Part shown: one piece after another, positions 6,800-16,150 of the stretch
Numbering within the stretch: the stretch's first letter is position 1
Layout of the letters: the number at the start of each line of letters is the position of its first letter
IMG/VR virus record: IMGVR_UViG_3300010401_000033
Span: 32,001-96,000 of that record
DNA from: a virus
Length of the DNA stretch: 64,000 bases
Reading direction: 5' to 3' (one strand)
Notes under the pieces: generated by a model
Told to the model about the DNA's origin: nothing
Database searches by the model: none
The model's input: only the letters and a program-made list of their open reading frames with translations
Made by a program: the position numbers and the translations under genes

Positions 6800-9235
6800 T
6801 CAAGCAGTTGCGATCAACTCAATAAAACGACTCACCAGTACCCTACTCACAACCCGCTTTTTGCTTACCTTCTTGAATGCGGCAAGCAAACGATTGGGCG
6901 TCCACTTTCCAGAGGAGGCGGTGTTGAGGAGTTCCCCGTTATCCGCTGCCAAGGCTTTCTCACCTGGGATGAAGTAGAATCGGCTGTACCCTTCACTGTA
7001 AGACTCAAGGAACTTCTCCTCACTCAATTTGTGTTGGAGTTGTGCCAAAAGCAAGGCTTTGTTTGAGGTATCACTATCAAACCGTCCCACGGCGCCCAGC
7101 GGGACTCCAAGTTTATTCACATACATTTTCTGGAGTGCATGTCTAGCATCGTCTGATTTTCCAGTGATGTAGAATCCAAAGACACCACAACCCGTCGTGG
7201 CTTGCACCCATGAGAGCAAGGCAGTCTGGAGCCCCCGGTTATTTACCGGGCAATCAAATGACACCTTTTCCTTAACATCATGGATCGTCACACGATCATA
7301 CTGTGTGTCAAAGCGATGGGATTCAGGCACCCCGGCCGAAATGTTTCCACCTCTGTCACGGGTATATTGTGTGCCCCCACCATTGAAGATGTAATTTCTA
7401 TCCGAGTCACCGTCATGGACAATGACTGCATTCACGATATCCAAACGATGGCGGCGCTTAAATTGACGCAGAAGATCACGCAACACAATGATTGCTTCGT
7501 TCAATGGAGTGGACCCCATATCCTCATGGTCCGGTATTGAAAGTTGCCGAGCGTCAAGTGAATCTCGTCTCAACGATTTGGCTAACAATAATTGATTGGA
7601 CATAGCATTGTTAAATTCTGACGCCTGCATTGAGGAATTCAAAATCTCTCGGAATGAGAGACGATTCGCCACAAATTCATTCGGCCCTGTGCTGAATGGA
7701 GTGAGGGTACGCATTCCAAAATCATGTCGTGAGGATATGTTGCTATTATCCACGAAGGTATATGCGGCAAAGGGGATGTTCACCTTGCGGCAGAACACTG
7801 CCATAATCAAAATCTGCTCTGTGGCGGATTCTGTACTATCACGCATAGAAGAAGAACGATCCAACAAGAGGATCAACCCATGAGACTTGCCTTTGTTGAC
7901 AATCAGGAGTTTCTTAAAAATGTTGTCCTCAGTCCGATAACTCGCCAATTTCCCAATGTTGATATCCCCCGATTCAGATTTCTTGGCTTGGCTAAATGAT
8001 CGTGCCGCCTTCTTCATCTCGAATTCCTTTGCGAGGAGTGTGATATAGTCCTCGTTCTTGGCTCTGAATTCGGTAAGGAGAGTGTGTCCCAATTGCCTCT
8101 CTCTTGGAGAGATATAGTAATTCGTGAGCCCGCGGTTCACAATTGCCACAGGTGCAACGATATCCTTGAGGTTTGGTGTGGGGATGTTCAGATGAATAGA
8201 CCGAATTGTTCCGTTGTCTATCAGCGCATGTTCTCTTCGGCGAAAACTCTTGTCTGTTTTGGCTTCGGGGATGAAATTGCCATCCTCTTCTTTAGCATCT
8301 TGCCCTTGAGCACTAGATTGACAATCTTCGTCCTCACCTTGATCCTTGTCGCTGGAATCCCCTGCGTCCGTATCTTTTCCACCTTCACTATCGTCGGGCT
8401 CGTCTCCCGTTTCTGATTCGCCATTCTCTTCGGAATCTTCACTGTCATCGGAATCTTCATCTTCTTCATCACTCTCCCCCTGAGACCCAGATTCTTCCTC
8501 ACCCTCTTCGGATTCGTCCTCTGATCCTTCTTGATTGTCCTCTTCACCCTCAGTCGCCCCACCCTCTTCTGAGTCAGCCGACTCCTCTTGCTGTTCTTCC
8601 TTCTTTTCCTCTTCCTTCTTTTCTTCTTCCTTCTTTTCCTTCTGCTCTTTTTTACTATACGCATAGAGTTTACGAGTCAATGCGAGTACATCCTCGAATG
8701 TTTCGAGGGTCTGCATTTCATCGTAGAAGGGTTGTTCCTCTGCGGTGAACTTAATGCTCAGAAGGCTGCCCACCTTCGCCGATAGGTTGAGTTTGTCAAT
8801 GAGAAAGAGGTCGTTCAGTTCATCCACGGTGGACAACCCGAAGAAGTCACGTTTTAGAAGATCATGGTATCCCTTGTACATGGGTCCACGAAGTCCAGGA
8901 TATTGCCGCTTCACAAGTTTCTCAATTCGTGCATCTTCCACGACATTGAGAAAATGTTTGAAGGCGCTACGTTCCTTCGCACTGGCTTTTTTGTTCCCAC
9001 CCGCATAGATCACAGAGTCGTGCCATCCCGCGAGCGGGGTACGGAGGGCGTGAGAGATTTCATGACCCATGAGCAGGTCGTAAAGGTCGCCGCTCATATC
9101 CTTCCAGACTGGACAGATCAAGGTGCGAGTCGCCAGATTGAATTTTGCTGTTTTTGCACCCGTGTGGTGTTCAACCCGAATGTTCTCAGTCGCCATGAGT
9201 TTGGCGAGCATGGATTTTGATTCAACAGTATACAT
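6800..9235 (-). CDS. CobT-like protein: N-terminal HExxH metallopeptidase-like domain, acidic linker, C-terminal vWA domain
   Basis: GHEISHAL, NVVEDARIE, long D/E-rich linker, MIDAS LLDRSSSM...STPLNEA...HDGDS; adjacent to the CobS-like ATPase. Confidence 0.82.
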   Translation of the reverse strand: MYTVESKSMLAKLMATENIRVEHHTGAKTAKFNLATRTLICPVWKDMSGDLYDLLMGHEISHALRTPLAGWHDSVIYAGGNKKASAKERSAFKHFLNVVEDARIEKLVKRQYPGLRGPMYKGYHDLLKRDFFGLSTVDELNDLFLIDKLNLSAKVGSLLSIKFTAEEQPFYDEMQTLETFEDVLALTRKLYAYSKKEQKEKKEEEKKEEEKKEEQQEESADSEEGGATEGEEDNQEGSEDESEEGEEESGSQGESDEEDEDSDDSEDSEENGESETGDEPDDSEGGKDTDAGDSSDKDQGEDEDCQSSAQGQDAKEEDGNFIPEAKTDKSFRRREHALIDNGTIRSIHLNIPTPNLKDIVAPVAIVNRGLTNYYISPRERQLGHTLLTEFRAKNEDYITLLAKEFEMKKAARSFSQAKKSESGDINIGKLASYRTEDNIFKKLLIVNKGKSHGLILLLDRSSSMRDSTESATEQILIMAVFCRKVNIPFAAYTFVDNSNISSRHDFGMRTLTPFSTGPNEFVANRLSFREILNSSMQASEFNNAMSNQLLLAKSLRRDSLDARQLSIPDHEDMGSTPLNEAIIVLRDLLRQFKRRHRLDIVNAVIVHDGDSDRNYIFNGGGTQYTRDRGGNISAGVPESHRFDTQYDRVTIHDVKEKVSFDCPVNNRGLQTALLSWVQATTGCGVFGFYITGKSDDARHALQKMYVNKLGVPLGAVGRFDSDTSNKALLLAQLQHKLSEEKFLESYSEGYSRFYFIPGEKALAADNGELLNTASSGKWTPNRLLAAFKKVSKKRVVSRVLVSRFIELIATA

Positions 9236-9243
9236 GCGTTCCT

Positions 9244-9510
9244 TTATTGAGTAAAGAGACTGACGTTAGAATTGAGTTCAATGGCAGGGCGCACAACATG
9301 GGCCCGATTGGACAGCAGGAGGGTGGCATCCCAAAACGCACAGTTATAGGTTTTCTTGGTAAGAGGATGGGTATAATTCACCCAAACATATCGGCGACCG
9401 TATTTGTTTCCGGCTTCCGCAACGACCATGCCTGTTGAATTCCCCATACCATATTGAGAGGTATGACCGACGACCGATCCGACTTTTATGAGGGATTTTG
9501 TAACTTTCAT
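9244..9510 (-). CDS. Hypothetical protein (88 aa)
   Basis: ORF begins directly after a strong promoter and is co-oriented with its neighbours. Confidence 0.65.
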   Translation of the reverse strand: MKVTKSLIKVGSVVGHTSQYGMGNSTGMVVAEAGNKYGRRYVWVNYTHPLTKKTYNCAFWDATLLLSNRAHVVRPAIELNSNVSLFTQ

Positions 9511-9516
9511 GCTATA

Positions 9517-9545
9517 AGTCTATCAAATAGCGAGGGAGTTGTCAA
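9517..9545 (-). promoter_or_regulatory. Sigma70-type promoter, probably giving a leaderless mRNA
   Basis: TTGACA-17 bp-TAGACT with TG extension; only 6 nt from the -10 hexamer to ATG 9510; IHF-like TAAGTCCTTGAAA at 9554-9566. Confidence 0.8.
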
Positions 9546-9659
9546 GTGAGGGGTAAGTCCTTGAAAAATAAGGAGAGAGGTAAAAACCAGGGAAATTGGG
9601 GTGTATCAAGAGTCGTGGGAATAGGGAATGACCCGTCCTGGACCCTTTCTGACCCTCTA

Positions 9660-11252
9660 TTAGGCAGATTTTCGGTACACAAACAGGGGCTCATACTTGA
9701 GCCAAAGCCCATTCTCTTTACAAAAGTTCTTAGTCTTGGGCAATCCGGTATCCTCATGGACCCTGTGACTCCCCGGCATCTGTGCTAAAGCCATCTTGAT
9801 TGTTTCTATGTATTGCATTCCCAAGGCATCCAGATATTCTCTGGAATCTGTTTCGAGGGGCAGCGTAACGCCACCAAATTCAGCATTCGCAATGTTCCAA
9901 ACCAAATATCCACCTGGGCGTAGCCATTCAACCGCGGTCCTGAGTGTTTCCTTGAGGAACCCATCACGCCACGATTCATATTGAGCGAATTTTAGGTAGG
10001 ATTGTTCTTTGTCCTCGGAGTAGGCTTCCTTGGCAAAATAGGGAGGGCTGGTGAACACTAGACTAATTTTCCCTTTGTATTGCTGGAAGTCTGGGTCAAA
10101 CTGCATTTCCTCGGACCCCTTCTGCCAGAATTCAAATCCATTATGTTCAATTGCCCACATCCCACCCTTGTGAACATGCTGACGATAGAAGTCGGCGACC
10201 TCGTGATACTTGGTGCGCCCCGGTGTGGTATTATGGTCAGTGTTTGGGTCGTTGCCGAGATAGGTTAGGTGCCGGGAGTCCTCAACGGCGAGTGCGCCCA
10301 ACAGACGCCCTGCCCAACCAGCCGAAGGGTCCCACACAAAAATGTTAGGTTCTGCTTTCCAGGTTTCGGTGTATCTCTCATAGACATACTTGGCGACGAC
10401 CGGAGGGAAGTTCACCGCGTACTGGCAAAAACTCACTCGGAAACATTTGAGTCCAAGTGGGAATACCTTTTGTCCCATTTCAAACACACGGAGTCCATAG
10501 ATTTCAGATTTCTCCCAATCTACATTTGTTGTAGAGTTATCGGGAATAATACCTTGGAGGCGCAAGTTGACGATCTCGGCACGAGTGAGCCGCAGGTTCT
10601 TTGTGGCTTTGAGTTCTTCGTTGTATCCAGTGTAGCCTTCATCCTTCTCTGGTGCGAGCCAGTAATCCCATCCTGTGCGTTTGCGGTAATTGTCGCACTC
10701 AAACTTTGAAATCCACTCTGAGGCAGTTGCGGCAATAGGGAGAGGCACTTGGCGAAATTCATCAGGATCGCTAGCATGGACTGACCGAGAGTAGTTATAG
10801 AAACTATCGCGTTTGAAATGCCGAGTTGCGTAAATTAAGAAGTTTTCAAGGAGGTCAGGGCGAGCGAAGTAATCATAGATTGACTTTCCCAAGGCAGGGT
10901 CCTTAGAATAATTGATCTTGGTTTTCATCATCGTAGGGAAGAACTGATTGACGGCGTTACCGAGGTTGGTCGTCGGGCGGAAGAGGTTTCGTTCGCCTGT
11001 GTATTCATCCACCCCCTCATATTGCTGGACGATGCAACCTTCAAGGGTTTGGAATTGTTCAACGATCTCGGACTTATCAAATCCCACACGAGGTGGTTGA
11101 TTCTTGTCATCCCACAGGCGCACGACTTCCTGGCGAAGATCAATCACCCATTGGCGGAATTCATCCTTCGTCATCCAGAGCAATTCGTCAAAGGTTTTAT
11201 TGACAGAGGATTCAATTAACTCACGATTGCGCTCGTAGAACCATTGTGTCAT
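9660..11252 (-). CDS. DNA amino-methyltransferase (N4-C or N6-A type)
   Basis: SAM-binding WDPSAGWAGRLLG and catalytic FTSPPYF; LRPGGYLVWNI. Confidence 0.8.
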   Translation of the reverse strand: MTQWFYERNRELIESSVNKTFDELLWMTKDEFRQWVIDLRQEVVRLWDDKNQPPRVGFDKSEIVEQFQTLEGCIVQQYEGVDEYTGERNLFRPTTNLGNAVNQFFPTMMKTKINYSKDPALGKSIYDYFARPDLLENFLIYATRHFKRDSFYNYSRSVHASDPDEFRQVPLPIAATASEWISKFECDNYRKRTGWDYWLAPEKDEGYTGYNEELKATKNLRLTRAEIVNLRLQGIIPDNSTTNVDWEKSEIYGLRVFEMGQKVFPLGLKCFRVSFCQYAVNFPPVVAKYVYERYTETWKAEPNIFVWDPSAGWAGRLLGALAVEDSRHLTYLGNDPNTDHNTTPGRTKYHEVADFYRQHVHKGGMWAIEHNGFEFWQKGSEEMQFDPDFQQYKGKISLVFTSPPYFAKEAYSEDKEQSYLKFAQYESWRDGFLKETLRTAVEWLRPGGYLVWNIANAEFGGVTLPLETDSREYLDALGMQYIETIKMALAQMPGSHRVHEDTGLPKTKNFCKENGLWLKYEPLFVYRKSA

Positions 11253-11596
11253 AATTTATCCCAGTTCACTCGGAAGTTCTCAGCGCAAAACATAATGCGG
11301 TGGCAGAGACGATTGAATATCACATAAACCTCAACCAATAATTTGTTATCGTCAATGAGGTGCGGCGGGTTCAATTTTTCATCGCACGTCACCTTGAAGT
11401 ATCTGACCCCACCATGTTCACTCAACACCTCTCCAACAGATGCAACTACTCGCTGCCGTGTTTCTCGGCTATTGAACTCCCCGATGTAGAATTCAAGGTG
11501 GTATTTTATTTTCACCGCCAGGTCTCTCCTAATCCCGGCTTCCCGATCAAACTCTGAGGCCTGTGATGGTGTGGAGAAGTATTTACTTTTTCTCAT
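11249..11596 (-). CDS. Stand-alone tail-sheath C-terminal-domain homologue
   Basis: EFNSRETR...FKVTCDEKLNPPHLIDDNKLLVEVYV aligns by eye with gp18 EFNDEFTR...YRVVADETNNTPEVIDSNRFVGDIYI; start at 11596 or 11623. Confidence 0.7.
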   Translation of the reverse strand: MRKSKYFSTPSQASEFDREAGIRRDLAVKIKYHLEFYIGEFNSRETRQRVVASVGEVLSEHGGVRYFKVTCDEKLNPPHLIDDNKLLVEVYVIFNRLCHRIMFCAENFRVNWDKL

Positions 11597-11954
11597 AACG
11601 AAGTCCCTTTTCTGTGTAGACACGAACAGGTATCTTGGCTTTCTGCGCCTGCTTCACCATGTTCAAGGTGCCCTTAGAAGTCTTGAGATCATTATGAAAG
11701 GCGACAACCATATCTGGTTTGCCTTCTTTGAGCATTTGGGTGTTTCGTATGGGACCCGCAGCACGACCGTATTTCTTCCAGTCGGCGGGAAAGGCAAGCA
11801 CAGGAATGAAGTAATCCTCGGCAGCATCACGCGCTAGGCTGTCTGCGCCCTTCGCCTCGCCTTCAATGACAAGAGAGGGGCGCAATTCCAGCATCGCATC
11901 AATGATGATTTTGTAGTTGGACCAGTTTCGGTCACCGCAGAATAAAATTCGCAT
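11583..11954 (-). CDS. SLOG-superfamily protein (DUF2493/YspA-like)
   Basis: LFCGDRNW, IEGEAKGADSLA, ADWKKYGRAAGPIRNTQM, SKGTLNM. Confidence 0.85.
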   Translation of the reverse strand: MRILFCGDRNWSNYKIIIDAMLELRPSLVIEGEAKGADSLARDAAEDYFIPVLAFPADWKKYGRAAGPIRNTQMLKEGKPDMVVAFHNDLKTSKGTLNMVKQAQKAKIPVRVYTEKGLRYEKK

Positions 11955-11959
11955 CGTGT

Positions 11960-11988
11960 ATTATGACACAACCGACAGGAAATGTCAA
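11960..11988 (-). promoter_or_regulatory. Sigma70-type promoter, probably giving a leaderless mRNA
   Basis: TTGACA-17 bp-CATAAT with TG extension; 5 nt to ATG 11954. Confidence 0.75.
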
Positions 11989-12590
11989 GCGGTAGGATTT
12001 GTTAAGTCTACCCCCGCCGTAACTCCTGAGCGGTAGTTTGACATGGATTGACCTACCGAGGCGTACATCACATGGATGCTGTTCGCATCCGGCTGCCATT
12101 GTAATGTGGAACTTCTGCTGATCCCGTAAGTCTTGCCAGCGGCAAAGGCATCAATGTTGGCACCCAGGAATACAAATTCCCACTGGTAGGTATCATGCTG
12201 CAATGACACCCGCTGCTTCACTCCATCCAAGTTGTGTGTTTCGGAGGCGTTCTCTTCCCCATCCGTCACGATCACAACCACTACTTTGTCTGGGCGATCC
12301 CATTCCGCCTTCTGTTCGAGTCTCTTCCCTTCGGTGTCAATAGCGGTACATACGGCATCAAACAGCGCCGTAGAACCCATGGGGATATAATTCTGCTCGT
12401 TCAATAGTTGGAATTCGCGGACCTCATGAACCTTGTGATTGAAGGTGTAGAGTGCCGTAGAGAGGGCCCCTGGTTGCGCGATCTGGTTCAGCACTAATGA
12501 GTTGACGCCCTCAATGGTTGCCTTCGTGAGACCCGTCATGGAACCTGACGCATCGAGTACCAAGATAAGGTGTGTATAATTCGGTTTCAT
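11985..12590 (-). CDS. von Willebrand factor A domain protein
   Basis: MIDAS VLDASGSM, GSTALFDA, IVTDGEENAS. Confidence 0.9.
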   Translation of the reverse strand: MKPNYTHLILVLDASGSMTGLTKATIEGVNSLVLNQIAQPGALSTALYTFNHKVHEVREFQLLNEQNYIPMGSTALFDAVCTAIDTEGKRLEQKAEWDRPDKVVVVIVTDGEENASETHNLDGVKQRVSLQHDTYQWEFVFLGANIDAFAAGKTYGISRSSTLQWQPDANSIHVMYASVGQSMSNYRSGVTAGVDLTNPTA

Positions 12591-13729
12591 AACGGACCTC
12601 CTGTTGAGTTGATAATGAAGCGTTCGAGTTTCGGGGTGACAATTGTATCAACCACGAGGTGGATTCGTTCGGCAGTTCCACCATTGACTGCCATGTGAGG
12701 TTTGCGAGTATCGATCACCCAACACTCACCAACACCAAAATGATAAAAAAGTTGCCGATCATTTTCATCCCAGGTGCTGAACAACACTTGATCGTTCGTT
12801 TGTAAGGGGAAGTGCAAGCGAGCCAGGGCGCCTAGCGAGTTGCCAGCATCGGGGTCGACCTGGTCGGTATGTCGTTGGAGTTCTCCCCCGCCAGGGGCTA
12901 ATCTCATGAACCTAACCCGGTGCACTTCCCCATCGAGAAAGGAGAGGAGTTGGCGCACTTCGGTAAAGGAACTGTACAGAGGGGTGTCTTGGAGTTCGTA
13001 GCGTTCGTTCTTATGTTCTGTCTGCCACTTCTTGTTCATTTCCACCGGCTTGGTGATAAAGGCTGGGTCGGCAGAATAACCACGAAGCGAGAGGGCAGAC
13101 CATGCACCTTTTTGGTTATAGTTGCTGTAATGATTCGTATAGTCGATTGGACGCTTCAAATTCTTGAGTTGGTATAGAATTTCTTCTGCCCAACGGGTAT
13201 CAAAATTACAGACCTTCGACATACCTACCAACTCGGCTGGGTTCACAAGGGGATGTTCACGGGCAGCAAAATTAAAATGAGCATCGCGGAAGTAAACAGA
13301 AATGATTTCAGCAAAGGAAGTGACCTTATACCCCACATATTTGAACCCCGACCGCTCTGCAATGGTGCGGATTTGTTTGTTGCTAGCAAAGGTGGTCAGC
13401 CAACAATCATAATCATCGTATTGTTCCAGGGCTTCCAAGAGTACCAGTGAATCTCCGCATAGTTTGGAGAGTGTGAGATCGCCCTTGTGTTTCTCTCCAA
13501 TAGGCACCCCACTGAACATATAGACTTTCCCTGCAACCTTAGCACGTTCCACAACGAGACACGCCTCATTGTCTCGTAAGACTTTGAGTGTACCCTTGTG
13601 CATGGCTTCGGCAATGTTATTTTTCTTGAACTTTCCAAATGGGGAAAGTGCAAATTTATTATGGGGTTCGTAAAATCTTTCAATGCGCTTGAGAAGATTT
13701 AGTTCAACCCCATGCTGCCAATCCTTCAT
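12587..13729 (-). CDS. Fusion of a GNAT-like N-terminal domain and an Asp/Asn beta-hydroxylase-like 2OG-Fe(II) oxygenase
   Basis: RVRFMRLAPGG...RHTD (HxD), RLHFPL, GECWVIDTRKPHMAVNGG..RIHLVVD; ASNKQIRTIAERSGF resembles GNAT motif B (weaker call). Confidence 0.75.
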   Translation of the reverse strand: MKDWQHGVELNLLKRIERFYEPHNKFALSPFGKFKKNNIAEAMHKGTLKVLRDNEACLVVERAKVAGKVYMFSGVPIGEKHKGDLTLSKLCGDSLVLLEALEQYDDYDCWLTTFASNKQIRTIAERSGFKYVGYKVTSFAEIISVYFRDAHFNFAAREHPLVNPAELVGMSKVCNFDTRWAEEILYQLKNLKRPIDYTNHYSNYNQKGAWSALSLRGYSADPAFITKPVEMNKKWQTEHKNERYELQDTPLYSSFTEVRQLLSFLDGEVHRVRFMRLAPGGGELQRHTDQVDPDAGNSLGALARLHFPLQTNDQVLFSTWDENDRQLFYHFGVGECWVIDTRKPHMAVNGGTAERIHLVVDTIVTPKLERFIINSTGGPL

Positions 13730-14430
13730 TAGTTCTCTCGATTCGATTGCACGGCTGTTGTAGGAACTTGCGGTGACTGTGGTTTGTATGTGGTGTCGCG
13801 TCCTGTGGACTTAAGGTGATTGGCTTTCATCTCAACCACGCGATTGATCTTCTTGAACAACTTCTGGCGCTTTTTCTTTGCCATCTGTAACGTCAGGCTT
13901 CCCACGCGAGAAGTAAAGACAACACCTTCAAGGTGGTCAAATTCGTGCTGGGCCACTCGTGCCGTCGCCCCATTCCAGGTTTGCTCAACACGGTTCCCAA
14001 ATTCATTGGTGTAACTGATCGTGATGGACTCTGGGCGTGTCACTGGGAGGTACAGACCTGGGAAACTAAGGCACCCCTCCTTCGTATAGACGGTTTCTTT
14101 TGAATGTTGGATAATGACTGGATTGATGCAGACAATTCCACCAATCATCACAAACATGCGGTAAGGGAATCCACACTGAGGGGCAGCAAGACCCACCCCA
14201 CCATAATGGGACATCGTGTAGAGCATTTGATTGGCAAATTCAATGACGTTGCACGGAGGGTTCGCCATGTCAAACAATGGCTGCTTAAGTGCCAGCATTG
14301 GATTTTTGTCATTATAGAGCGGGAGAAATTCTTGTTGCTTCTTGGTGATAGCGGCAGGTTTGGCTGTATCATAGACAAACATCTTCGGTGCATCAGGAGA
14401 AACGGGAGTGGCAATATCGTTCGTGTTCAT
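13729..14430 (-). CDS. def: Peptide deformylase
   Basis: GVGLAAPQ, EGCLS, QHEFDHLEG. Confidence 0.95.
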   Translation of the reverse strand: MNTNDIATPVSPDAPKMFVYDTAKPAAITKKQQEFLPLYNDKNPMLALKQPLFDMANPPCNVIEFANQMLYTMSHYGGVGLAAPQCGFPYRMFVMIGGIVCINPVIIQHSKETVYTKEGCLSFPGLYLPVTRPESITISYTNEFGNRVEQTWNGATARVAQHEFDHLEGVVFTSRVGSLTLQMAKKKRQKLFKKINRVVEMKANHLKSTGRDTTYKPQSPQVPTTAVQSNREN

Positions 14431-14440
14431 AGAGTCCTCA

Positions 14441-16150
14441 CTAAATTACAATTCGTGAAAAATTCTGTTGTTTGCTAAACTTCACTACATTTTGGAACTT
14501 GTCCTGTAAAATGTCTCCTCTGTGGCTAATGACGAACACGTTAGTTGCTTCGAGGCTGTGAAGAATCTTCATCAGTTCTTCGGTCCCTGTATTATCTAGG
14601 CTTGAATCAAAAATTTCATCCAGGATTAACAAATTCGTATCGGCAGAGTTCTTTAATTTTGCCACCGCTCGCCACGTAAGCACGAGTGCCATGTCAATAC
14701 GCTGCTTTTCCCCTTCCGAGAATGAATGGTAGGTGAAATCGTCTCGGTGCCGGGACTTGATCGTTTCCTTAAACGTTTCATCCAAGTTGAAGTTTACGAA
14801 GAAATCCATACTGGCGAGGTATTTATTACCCAACGTATTGATGATCGGTAGGTATTGGCGAATGATCTTCGTCTTGATGCCGGTGTCCTTGAGCAACATC
14901 CCTGCGGCTTCGTAATAAGCAGACTGGTCAATTAAATCTTTCTTGGCGGTTTCCAGGCGCTCAAGTTCGTCTTGGTGCTCTACCAATCGTGCCTGCTCAC
15001 GACCACTGGTTTGGTGGTGATTTTTGAATTCGTCAATCTTTTGGCTAATCTTCTCATTGAACTTTTCCAATTGTTTGATTGAAGTGGTATGGCTGGCGAT
15101 GGCGAGTTCATGATTCGCAATCTCCTGTTCAATCTGAGCAATGGCTGCTAATTTTGCCTGGTCGAGGTTCCAACGTTTCGTGAGTTGGGCGAGTCCACTT
15201 TCACACTCAGCGATCTTCTCATTGAGTTGCGTGATCTGCTGCGCCTTAAATGTCGGGTGAATCTCCTGAACACAGGTTGGGCAGTTCTCTTGTGTCTCGT
15301 AGAATTTAAGATTCTTTTTGTGCTTCCCAAGGACGTTTTCAATCTGGGCTTCCAATTGTGTAACCTTTTTGGATGCCGCAGTCACAGAGGCTTTATGGGT
15401 GATCTTCTCAGAGAGGTCTTGCACCGCACGGGTATGAATCGCATTCTCCATCCTCAGCCGTGAGATTTCTTGAGTGTTATGATCCCGTTCCGTTTCGTGC
15501 TCCTGGATACGCTTCGCCACATCCTGTTGGGCTTCGGAGATATAGCGTTCCTGCATAGCGATCTTCTCAAGCGCCCCATCAATCATGATTTTATTGGAAC
15601 TGCGCTCTGTTTGAAGGGTGGAGAGTTTCCCCTTCACAATCTTGTTCATACGGGAGAAAATTTGGATATCCAACAAGTCCTCAATGATCTCTCGGCGATC
15701 ACTCGCCTTGAGTTGCATGAAGGGAGTAAAGGAGGCTGACCCAAGGATCACGATTTGGGTAAAACTCTTATAATTCAATTTAAGGACAAATCGTTCCAGA
15801 TAGTCCTGATAGTCACCGGAGGAAGTCTGATCCACTAGTGAATCGTCTTTGAAAATCTCAAAGTTGTCAGGCTTGATCCCACGGGCCACCTTATACTCGT
15901 GGTTATCGGTCGTGAATTCAACCTCCACCTCACACTCTTTCAAGTTGATGGAGTTAATGAGGGCACCCTTATTGATATCGCGGAAGGGTTTATTGTAGAG
16001 GACGTAGCACAGGGCGTCTAGCATCGTAGACTTACCTGAGCCGTTCTCTCCAACCACCAGGGTGTTCTGCGCTCCATCCAGTTCTATCTCGGTCCAATAG
16101 TTACCAGTGCTGAGAAAGTTCTTCCAACGAAGTTTCTTGAATCTAAGCAT
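14441..16150 (-). CDS. gp46: Recombination endonuclease ATPase subunit (gp46, Rad50/SbcC-like)
   Basis: GENGSGKST, CPTC zinc hook, FSEGEKQR, LILDEIFD. Confidence 0.96.
   Translation of the reverse strand: MLRFKKLRWKNFLSTGNYWTEIELDGAQNTLVVGENGSGKSTMLDALCYVLYNKPFRDINKGALINSINLKECEVEVEFTTDNHEYKVARGIKPDNFEIFKDDSLVDQTSSGDYQDYLERFVLKLNYKSFTQIVILGSASFTPFMQLKASDRREIIEDLLDIQIFSRMNKIVKGKLSTLQTERSSNKIMIDGALEKIAMQERYISEAQQDVAKRIQEHETERDHNTQEISRLRMENAIHTRAVQDLSEKITHKASVTAASKKVTQLEAQIENVLGKHKKNLKFYETQENCPTCVQEIHPTFKAQQITQLNEKIAECESGLAQLTKRWNLDQAKLAAIAQIEQEIANHELAIASHTTSIKQLEKFNEKISQKIDEFKNHHQTSGREQARLVEHQDELERLETAKKDLIDQSAYYEAAGMLLKDTGIKTKIIRQYLPIINTLGNKYLASMDFFVNFNLDETFKETIKSRHRDDFTYHSFSEGEKQRIDMALVLTWRAVAKLKNSADTNLLILDEIFDSSLDNTGTEELMKILHSLEATNVFVISHRGDILQDKFQNVVKFSKQQNFSRIVI

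Noticed and set aside
8280-8660. Low-complexity purine/pyrimidine-skewed tract
   Set aside because: It simply encodes the acidic and Lys/Glu-rich linker expected in CobT-like proteins.
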